Made by a program: the position numbers and the translations under genes
Shown: piece by piece, positions 11,101 to 17,656 of the stretch
Layout of the letters: each line of letters begins with the position of its first letter
Numbering within the stretch: the first letter of the stretch is position 1
The notes under the pieces: generated by a model
The model's database searches: none
Told to the model about the DNA's origin: nothing
The model's input: the letters and a program-made list of their open reading frames with translations, nothing else
Assembly (NCBI GenBank): GCA_025457745.1
Contig: JALOTT010000001.1
Coordinates: 1 to 37,592, forward strand
Length of the DNA stretch: 37,592 bases
DNA from: Verrucomicrobiota bacterium
Lineage (GTDB): Bacteria; Verrucomicrobiota; Verrucomicrobiia; Limisphaerales; JADLHS01
Direction: 5' to 3'

Positions 11101-11348
11101 GGTTCGCCGTCCTTGTCCTTGATGAGCAACCCGCGCACAGTGGCCGAGAGAACAAACGGATTGAGCCGCAACTTCTGGATCGAAACCTCCCGGTCAAGCT
11201 GTTTGGACAACTGCTTCACCGCCACGGCGCGGATGATGGGCGGCAAAATCAGGAAACCAATCAAGGTGTAGGCAAGCAACGCCCACCCGGCCCGGCGCAG
11301 CCATTTACGCCGACGCAGCGGAGGCGGAGTGAGAAATGAAGTGTTCAT
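8151..11348 (-). CDS. DUF748-domain (AsmA-like, beta-rich) envelope protein with OmpA-like C-terminal region
   Basis: N-terminal TM anchor, LNPFVLS, repeated beta segments, SPYSGKFAGYRI.KGKL, LPVKLGVAVLKDRNG.I.LDVPVEGSLDDPQF, RP.LQLEIEG, LAADRA..VR. Confidence 0.9.
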   Translation of the reverse strand: MNTSFLTPPPLRRRKWLRRAGWALLAYTLIGFLILPPIIRAVAVKQLSKQLDREVSIQKLRLNPFVLSATVRGLLIKDKDGEPFISWDEVRVNFQITSFFGKPWVFEEVSTTKPFVRVQVNKDYTLNFTDLITKFTPTNTPATPPKPSKPLALRISRLQIGGATASFTDLTPRTPFARVFGPLDVTLTNFRTDPDNRNPYSFNGTTDAGEKFAWRGYFFLDPLRSQGEFALQNITLTKYAPLYEDFVRFVVKDGTVDVGATYRFELSASNRVASVTNAAFALHSFKLADPGSGTNIVELPEFAVSGASVDAMARTAEINSITSDGGRLRLRRNADAALNVVELSKPADGATNAPGGILLLLRSVTNAVAMLLSSTNAWNGVIREVNLTNGAVSLEDLVNSRPARLELDNISLTAKNISNVPGTNLTATLTLRWNTNGTVKVDAETSFALPTADVQITLDKLELKPLDPYLEPKVNVFILDSKLSLTGKLRLRTATSGLPEVTFQGDARLDDFASADGVLAEDLLKWSSVRVSGLDANLNPPAVTIKEIAVDDAYARVVIETNGTINLLAALHIENTNAPAPAAEKPAKFKRANKTAVATSVPAPETNAPTARSLPKISIGSVVFSNAQLRLTDRSITPAVNMAIQQLGGTISRLSSDELQHADVNLHAKVDNGGPVEITGTINPLGKNLTMDLKITMKDADLTPTSPYSGKFAGYRIAKGKLGVDLAYKISDRKLAAKNLIILDQFTFGEKVDSPDATKLPVKLGVAVLKDRNGRIELDVPVEGSLDDPQFRLGKVIGRAILNVITKIITSPFAVLGSLFGGKGEEISYQDFPPGSSLLLTDGKSKLDSLASGLYERPALQLEIEGSVDPDADRKGLRQVRLYQQLRTKQWMSLRKSERATATSEQITLAPEDRAKWVTTLYVTALEKGDMALTRPTTNQIANIAAEIPPTASRRPAEMPRGAAALLRPPKPGKEIVDAGVASTPSPAGGGEARPAADVNEMAQALMDAMVVTDADLATLAADRAKAVREYILQSGKAEAERIFLTENQPGGVKNTGSRAYLQLK

Positions 11349-11424
11349 CGTTGATCCAGCGTTTGCCGGTATTGTTGCGTCAGTCGTGAGCCAACCGGAA
11401 GTCAATTCCTGAGTCAATGCAACG

Positions 11425-11615
11425 TGCGTTCGCGCCTTTGGGATGAAGATTCAGAATTTCCTCGATTCCGTCCCGCGCGAAAATGCGGTGGCTGCCCCGA
11501 ATGCGCATTTCTCAAACCCCATCCGGTGCAACAAATGACACAGCCCGTCAAAAGGAATGTTCGCGTCGGTGGGGCCGAGGAGGATTCGTTCCAGGAGTTT
11601 CGCGTGTTTGCTCCT
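11425..11615 (-). pseudogene. hicA: HicA-family toxin pseudogene (start lost, frameshift, truncated)
   Basis: Manual translation: (AGG)SKHAKLLERILLGPTDANIPFDGLCHLLHRMGFE / frameshift near 11510 / MRIRGSHRIFARDGIEEILNLHPKGANA; GSH motif present; not in the ORF track. Confidence 0.75.
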
Positions 11616-11633
11616 GGGTTGGCCGTGTCCGGC

Positions 11634-12746
11634 TTAAAACTGCTTCAAGAACCGCACGTCGTTTTCGTAGAAGAGGCGGATGTCGTTGATGCCATAACGG
11701 AGCATGGCGATGCGTTCGATGCCGAAGCCGAACGCCCAGCCGGTCCAGACTTCGGGATCGTAGCCGACGGTCTCGAACACCTGCGGATGCACCATGCCGC
11801 AGCCGGCGATCTCCAGCCAGTCCTTGCCCATCTTCTTTACGAGCGCGTTGGTGAAATCAATCTCGTAGCTCGGCTCGGTGTAGCTGAAGTAGTGCGGACG
11901 GAAACGAATCTTCACGTCGTCACCCATCAGTTCGCGGAAGACGAACTCGACCGTGCCCTTGAGGTCGCCGACAGTGACGTTCTTGTCCACGTAAAGCCCC
12001 TCAATCTGGTGGAAGGTGGGATTATGCGTGGCGTCGGCATTGTCGCGGCGATACACCCGGCCCGGCACGATGATGCGCACGGGCGGCGGCTGGGATTTCA
12101 TTACGCGGATCTGGACGGAGCTGGTGTGCGTTCGGAGCAGTAGCGGGGCAGGCGTCCCGCCTGCCGTAGTCCCACCGGCCGTGCCGGCTGGTGGTTGTTT
12201 GCCTTCAGGCGGGACGCCCGAAGCGACGGTGACAGGCGGGGACGCCTGCCCCACTACCGGCTTTGCCAGGTAGAACGTGTCTTGCATGTCGCGCGCGGGA
12301 TGATCGGCGGGGGTGTTGAGGGCATCGAAACAATGATACTCATCCTCAATCTCCGGTCCATCGGCGACAGCGAAACCGATCTTGCGGAATGCCCGCACGA
12401 TGTCTTCGGTGACTTGTGTGAGCGGATGAAGTTTGCCGAGCGTGCGGCGGCGTCCGGGCAGGCTGAAATCCGTCGGCTCTTTGGGCAGCGCGGCGGTCAG
12501 TTCAAGCTCTTCGCGGCGAGCCGCGAGCGCGGCTTCGAGTTCGATCTTGGCGGCGTTGATCAGTTTTCCGGCGGCGGGTCTTTCCTCTTTCGAGAGCGTG
12601 CCGAGCTGTTTCATCAGCGCGGTGAACTTGCCGTGCGGGCCGACCCACGCGCCTTTGGCATGGTCGAGCGCCGCGGGGTCGGGCGCGGCTTTGAGTTCCG
12701 CAAGCGCGGTTTGTTTGAGTGGTTCGATTTCGTTCAGCAAAGACAT
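11634..12746 (-). CDS. pheS: Phenylalanine--tRNA ligase alpha subunit with an about 39-aa palindrome-derived insertion
   Basis: HPL, FDALNTPADHPARDMQDTFY, LLRTHTSSVQIR, PGRVYRRD, FHQIEG, YFSYTEPS, GCGMVHP and AFGFGIERIAML motifs. Confidence 0.97.
   Translation of the reverse strand: MSLLNEIEPLKQTALAELKAAPDPAALDHAKGAWVGPHGKFTALMKQLGTLSKEERPAAGKLINAAKIELEAALAARREELELTAALPKEPTDFSLPGRRRTLGKLHPLTQVTEDIVRAFRKIGFAVADGPEIEDEYHCFDALNTPADHPARDMQDTFYLAKPVVGQASPPVTVASGVPPEGKQPPAGTAGGTTAGGTPAPLLLRTHTSSVQIRVMKSQPPPVRIIVPGRVYRRDNADATHNPTFHQIEGLYVDKNVTVGDLKGTVEFVFRELMGDDVKIRFRPHYFSYTEPSYEIDFTNALVKKMGKDWLEIAGCGMVHPQVFETVGYDPEVWTGWAFGFGIERIAMLRYGINDIRLFYENDVRFLKQF
12140..12257. repeat. Composite (nested) palindromic element in frame within pheS
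   Basis: Outer arms GTAGCGGGGCAGGCGTCCCGCCTG (12140-12163) and CAGGCGGGGACGCCTGCCCCACTAC (12233-12257); inner imperfect pair CCGTAGTCCCACCGGCCGTGCCGG...GGCGGGACGCCCGAAGCGACGG (12164-12229). Confidence 0.9.
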
Positions 12747-12754
12747 GCTGAGAT

Positions 12755-12785
12755 TTAGCCACAAAAAAGTACAAAAGGCACAAAG
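12755..12785. repeat. Solo arm of a 9-10-bp tandem-unit repeat (same architecture as the GxxExxY-flanking arms)
   Basis: TTAGC-CACAAAAAAG-TACAAAAGG-CACAAAG just upstream of the pheS start. Confidence 0.5.
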
Positions 12786-12996
12786 AAATTTTTGGGTGTC
12801 CCTTCTTTGACAGCTGTCGTGGAGCTTTCAAAACCGGTGTCTTCCTACCCGCCGCGGCAGGCTGGCCATTACCGATTTTAACGCGGAACTGGTATCAATT
12901 CTTGCACGCTTGAAAGCCGCAGGATCTGGAAATCCTGGTTGGTCGCGCGCGTTGAGAACGCTTGTTTCTCCCGCAACTCGCCTGCACACTGTCGTC

Positions 12997-13512
12997 ATGC
13001 AAGTGCAACTGGTTATGACAGTGATCGGCAAGGACCGCACGGGTCTCGTCGAATCGGTCGCCCGCCTCGTGGCCGACCACGGCGGCAACTGGCTGGAGAG
13101 CCGCATGTGCCGGCTGGGCGGCGAATTCGCCGGCATCCTGCGCGTGCAGGTTCCTGCCGACCGCCACGCCGCATTGGAAGCCGCCCTTTGCAAACTAACC
13201 GGGCTGGCCATCGTGGTGCGCCCGGACGAAGCCGGTCGCCCCGTGGAGCAACCGCAACTCGCCTCGCTCGAAGTTGTGGGCCAAGACCGACCCGGCATTT
13301 TGCGGGAGATGACCCGCGCCCTGGCCGCGCAAGGCGTCAACGTCGAGGAACTCGCCACCGAATGTATCAGTGCGCCCATGTCCGGCGAACAACTTTTTCA
13401 GGCGCGCGCCAAATTGCGGTTGCCCGCCGGCGTTACCGCGAACGCCCTGCGCCAATCCCTCGAACGCGCCGCGTCCGAGATCGGCGTGGAGTTCACGATC
13501 ACGCAAGTGTGA
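12997..13512 (+). CDS. gcvR: Tandem ACT-domain protein, GcvR-like
   Basis: LVMTVIGKDRTGLV..GGNWLESRM..LGGEFAG; second ACT domain GQDRPGI..GVNVEEL. Confidence 0.85.
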   Translation: MQVQLVMTVIGKDRTGLVESVARLVADHGGNWLESRMCRLGGEFAGILRVQVPADRHAALEAALCKLTGLAIVVRPDEAGRPVEQPQLASLEVVGQDRPGILREMTRALAAQGVNVEELATECISAPMSGEQLFQARAKLRLPAGVTANALRQSLERAASEIGVEFTITQV

Positions 13513-13685
13513 ACGACAAGGGCGAATCCTGCGCGAATATCCGCGCGGCCCAAACCCGGGTGGCATCGCGTCAGCGAGCGGCCAAAGTGAGGAATAGTTG
13601 TTAAAAAGCCAGGCGTCCACGCTGATCGCGTATTGTGGCGCATTGTGGCTTTTCAAACAGGCGGGGACGGTCACGTTCACACATC

Positions 13686-15797
13686 ATGGAACAAGCCCAA
13701 GCACAGGCGCTTTTGAAGCAGACGCTCGGCCCGAACGCGGAGTTCCGCGAGGGCCAGTGGGAGGCGATTGATCAGATTGCCAATCAGCGTCGCCGGCTGC
13801 TCGTGGTCCAACGCACCGGCTGGGGCAAGAGCATCGTCTATTTTCTCGCGGCGAAAATCCTTCGTGACGCCGGAGATGGACCGACGCTGCTCATCAGCCC
13901 GCTCCTGTCACTGATGCGCAACCAACTGCTCGCCACGGAAAAGCTCGGCGTGCGCGCGGCCACGATTCACAGCGAGAACGTGCAGGACTGGGGCGAGGTC
14001 GAAGCGGCGCTGGCGGGCAATCACCTCGACTTGCTCATGGTATCGCCGGAGCGGCTGGCCAATCCGGATTTCATGCAAAAGCTCTTGCCGCTCCTGCAAG
14101 GCCGCGTCGGATTGTTCGTCGTGGACGAGGCGCATTGCATCTCGGATTGGGGACACGATTTCCGCCCGGACTACCGTCGCATTTTGCAGGTGATGAAGTT
14201 ACTGCCACCCGGCGTCCCGGTGCTCTGCACGACCGCGACCGCCAACGACCGCGTGGTGCGCGACATTGAAACGCAGATTCCGCAACTCCAAGTCCTGCGC
14301 GGCCCGCTCGTGCGTTCATCGCTCCGGCTTTACAACGTCTGCCTCGCCCACCAATCCGACCGGCTGGCGTGGCTCGCGCATTTTCTGCCGCAACTGCCGG
14401 GCAACGGCATCGTATATTGTCTCACCATTCAGGACGCGCGCCGGGTCGCCGCGTGGTTGCAGCGAAACAACATCTCCGCCCGCGCCTATCACGCCGACCT
14501 CGAAGGCGCCGAGCGCGTCGCGACCGAGGGGCAATTACTCCACAACGAAGTCAAAGCGCTCGTCGCCACCGTCGCGCTCGGCATGGGTTTCGACAAACCC
14601 GATCTAGGTTTCGTCATTCACTTTCAGCGGCCTGGCTCGGTCGTTGCCTACTATCAACAGGTCGGTCGCGCCGGGCGCGCAATGGATTCTGCGTTTGGGA
14701 TTCTTCTCAGCGGCAGCGAGGACGACGAGATTTCGGATTACTTCATCCGCACCGCGTTCCCGCCGGTCGAAGTGCTGCAAGGCGTGCTGGCGGCGCTCGA
14801 AAAACGCGGGCCGCTGACGGTGGATGACATCGGCGCGGAACTGAACCAGGGCCGCGGCGCGATCGAGAAAGCGCTCAAGCTCCTCGAAGTGGATGGTGCG
14901 GTGACGCACGACAAACGCGGCTACTCGCGCACCGCAAATCCCTGGCAACCGGATGCGGCGCGCTTCGAGCAAGTCACGCGCTTACGGCGGGATGAAGTCG
15001 AGCAGATGCGCCGCTATGTCGAACATAAAGGTTGTTTGATGGAGTTTTTGGCGCGGGCGCTGGACGATCCGAACGCCGCGCCGTGCGGCAAGTGCATGAA
15101 TTGCACGAAACACACCGAACGGCGGATCGTGCCCGCGGAACTGACGCAAGCGGCGGTGGACTTCCTGCGCGGCGACGCGCTGGTGCTTGAGCCGCGTTTG
15201 CGCTGGCCCAAACCGTTGCTCGAAGAAATTCGATCCGCGCTGCCTACAGCCGTGGAGTTTGGCGACAAGGGCGCGCTGAAAACGACCATCCCGGAAAAAC
15301 TTCGCGCCGATACCGGACGCGTGCTGTGCATCTGGGGTGATTCCGGCTGGGGCGACGAAGTCGCGCGCGGCAAATACGAAGCGGGTCGGTTCAGCGACGC
15401 GCTGGTGGAAGCTTCCGCTGCGCTCGTGCGCGAAAAGTGGAAGCCCGCCCCGCCTCCCGGGTGGGTCACGGCTGTGCCCTCGGCACGGCGCGCGGAACTC
15501 GTCAACGGCTTTGCCCAGCGGCTGGCGTCGAAGCTCAATCTCCCCTTCGCACCCATTCTGCGCCGCGCCCGAGTCATCCGCCCGCAGAAAGAAATGCAGA
15601 ACGGCGTTCAGCAGGTGCGCAATCTACTTGGCGCATTCGCGATTGAGGGCACGCCGCGGCCAGGCGGGGTGCTGCTCGTGGATGATGTGGTGGATTCGGG
15701 ATGGACGCTGACGTTGCTGGCGGTACTATTGCGGCAACGCGGCAGCGGGCCGGTGTATCCGTTTGCGCTGGCGAAGGCCTCACCACGAGGCGGCTGA
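13686..15797 (+). CDS. RqlH-like RecQ helicase with C-terminal phosphoribosyltransferase domain
   Basis: QRTGWGKS, SPERL, DEAHCISDWGHDFRPDY, TATA, QVGRAGR, Zn Cys cluster CGKCMNC, and the PRTase loop VLLVDDVVDSGWTL. Confidence 0.92.
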   Translation: MEQAQAQALLKQTLGPNAEFREGQWEAIDQIANQRRRLLVVQRTGWGKSIVYFLAAKILRDAGDGPTLLISPLLSLMRNQLLATEKLGVRAATIHSENVQDWGEVEAALAGNHLDLLMVSPERLANPDFMQKLLPLLQGRVGLFVVDEAHCISDWGHDFRPDYRRILQVMKLLPPGVPVLCTTATANDRVVRDIETQIPQLQVLRGPLVRSSLRLYNVCLAHQSDRLAWLAHFLPQLPGNGIVYCLTIQDARRVAAWLQRNNISARAYHADLEGAERVATEGQLLHNEVKALVATVALGMGFDKPDLGFVIHFQRPGSVVAYYQQVGRAGRAMDSAFGILLSGSEDDEISDYFIRTAFPPVEVLQGVLAALEKRGPLTVDDIGAELNQGRGAIEKALKLLEVDGAVTHDKRGYSRTANPWQPDAARFEQVTRLRRDEVEQMRRYVEHKGCLMEFLARALDDPNAAPCGKCMNCTKHTERRIVPAELTQAAVDFLRGDALVLEPRLRWPKPLLEEIRSALPTAVEFGDKGALKTTIPEKLRADTGRVLCIWGDSGWGDEVARGKYEAGRFSDALVEASAALVREKWKPAPPPGWVTAVPSARRAELVNGFAQRLASKLNLPFAPILRRARVIRPQKEMQNGVQQVRNLLGAFAIEGTPRPGGVLLVDDVVDSGWTLTLLAVLLRQRGSGPVYPFALAKASPRGG

Positions 15798-15806
15798 AGA
15801 GTCTTG

Positions 15807-16829
15807 ATGAACGCACACGAATATCTCGGCGATGACGGGCAGGCAATGTTGCTGCTCTGCTCTTCGCTCGCAGTGCCAGCGACCGCGAAGGAGACGGTCC
15901 TGTCTCAGTTGAAACTGAGCGAATGGAATCAGCTTGAGCGCAAGATCCGCGAGTCTTCATTACGAAGCCCCGCCGCTCTGCTGGGACGAACGGCGGAGGA
16001 ACTTGCGAAGGCGCTTGCACTGCCGACCGACGAGGCCGAACGAATCGCCCGGCTGTTGGAATTCGCCGGCCAACTTTCAGCGGAACTCCAAAACCTGTTT
16101 GAGCACGGACTCTGGGCGGTGACGCGTGCGGACGAGCTTTACCCGGCGCATCTGCGAGACACATTGAAACATCAAGCGCCGACAGTGCTGTTCGGTGCTG
16201 GCAACATCCACTTACTGCAACGCGCCGGTGTCGCCGTTGTTGGCTCACGCAACATTGACGAAGCGGGCGCGGCGTTCGCGCGCGAGGTTGGCACAAAAGC
16301 CGTTTCAGCAAAATTACCAGTTGTTTCCGGTGGCGCGCGCGGCACGGACCGCATTGCGATGCAAGCGGCGCTCGAAGCCGGCGGCATTGCGTTCGGCGCG
16401 CTGGCAGACAGTTTGGAACGCACGACCCGTCAGGCCGACGTGCGCGAGTTCGTAAACGATGGGAAACTGGTCTTGCTCACGCCCTACGCGCCCACCGCCG
16501 GCTTCTCTGTTGGCGCGGCGATGGGACGGAACAAATTGATTTACGGCCTGGCGGAATTCGCCGTGGTGGTGAGCAGCGACCATCAAAGCGGCGGCACCTG
16601 GGCTGGCGCAGTGGAAGCGTTGAAAGCGAACTGGTGTCCCGTGCTGGTACGCGATGGCGACGCTGTGCCGCGCGGGAACAAAGAATTGCTCAAGGTCGGC
16701 GCGACGGCATTGCCAACGGTTGAATTGGCGGAAATCTCCGACCTGTCGGCTTGGATGACGCGACACACGGCGACCAAGCCGGTCGAGGCAGATCTGTTTG
16801 ACTTGGCGTTGCGCGAGCGTCCGAAGTAG
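15807..16829 (+). CDS. DprA/Smf-family protein (RqlI-like)
   Basis: YP..L, AVVGSRN, VVSGGARGTD, AMGRNKLIYGLA and SGGTWAGA motifs; starts 9 bp after the helicase stop. Confidence 0.9.
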   Translation: MNAHEYLGDDGQAMLLLCSSLAVPATAKETVLSQLKLSEWNQLERKIRESSLRSPAALLGRTAEELAKALALPTDEAERIARLLEFAGQLSAELQNLFEHGLWAVTRADELYPAHLRDTLKHQAPTVLFGAGNIHLLQRAGVAVVGSRNIDEAGAAFAREVGTKAVSAKLPVVSGGARGTDRIAMQAALEAGGIAFGALADSLERTTRQADVREFVNDGKLVLLTPYAPTAGFSVGAAMGRNKLIYGLAEFAVVVSSDHQSGGTWAGAVEALKANWCPVLVRDGDAVPRGNKELLKVGATALPTVELAEISDLSAWMTRHTATKPVEADLFDLALRERPK

Positions 16830-17255
16830 TCAACGCGCTTTTCGCCGGAGAGCGTCCTTGAACATCCAGTAGTGTCGCGCCAGCCGCTCCTTGTAGGCTT
16901 GGTCTTTCACCACGTCGCGGAATAGGTTCAAGAGGATGGGCGAGTGCCGCGATTGCGGATTCAGGGGATCAAGGGATGCCTCCATCACTTCTCGGGCATA
17001 CTCCTCCAGTCCAAGTTTCCGTTTGTAGAATTCCAGACCTTCCCAGCCGTAGTTGATAATGGTTAGCGTGTCGCCCGTGCTCCGGGCGACGACCTCGATC
17101 ATCACACGGCGGCAATCACAGTCCAACTCGTCGCAATACAATTCCAGCAAGGCGTAATCATCCGCCGGAAGATCAGCGACGCCAGCGGTGGTGATGGTAC
17201 GGGTTTCGCGCGTTCCCAACTCGGGAAAGCGGTGAATGAACGGCGACATTGGCAT
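16830..17255 (-). CDS. Hypothetical protein with ExYCxxxxCDCRR motif
   Basis: 141-aa ORF, ELYCDELDCDCRRVMI..INYGWE..LDPLNPQS; co-oriented with the upstream helicase operon. Confidence 0.75.
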   Translation of the reverse strand: MPMSPFIHRFPELGTRETRTITTAGVADLPADDYALLELYCDELDCDCRRVMIEVVARSTGDTLTIINYGWEGLEFYKRKLGLEEYAREVMEASLDPLNPQSRHSPILLNLFRDVVKDQAYKERLARHYWMFKDALRRKAR

Positions 17256-17287
17256 GGCGGGAGCAGTTGCTTAGGACATAAGCCAGC

Positions 17288-17653
17288 TTACGAAGACAGC
17301 ACTAGCTCGTGGACCGGATAACCGAGAATCCCCCGGACACTGCCGGAATCGTCGGCCACCTGGAAAAGCTCTCCGTTGATCTCGTAGCGCGCGTTCCATT
17401 CCACGCCGAACTGTTTGCGGTTTTCAGTGATCCCCAACGGGATCGTCTGGCCCTCGCGCGCGAGGCAGCGAGCCAGATGATCTTCAGGATCAAGCATCCA
17501 CGCGTCGCGATTGGCGCAGAAAAAGATGACGGGGCCGAGTCGTACCGCACGTGTGTCACCCCGTAACGCGCATTGTTGGATTCGGATCGCTTCCTGTGTG
17601 AAACTTGTCTTGTCCAGTTCGGCGATCCGGACATCGGTCTTGGATGTCGCCAT
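17288..17653 (-). CDS. Hypothetical protein
   Basis: 121-aa ORF starting 3 bp after the SNF2 stop with GGAG upstream. Confidence 0.65.
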   Translation of the reverse strand: MATSKTDVRIAELDKTSFTQEAIRIQQCALRGDTRAVRLGPVIFFCANRDAWMLDPEDHLARCLAREGQTIPLGITENRKQFGVEWNARYEINGELFQVADDSGSVRGILGYPVHELVLSS

Positions 17654-17656
17654 GAG

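Noticed and set aside
13604-13654. AAAAGCCA...TGGCTTTT inverted repeat upstream of the RecQ gene
   Set aside because: Only 8 bp with a long spacer; could be chance.
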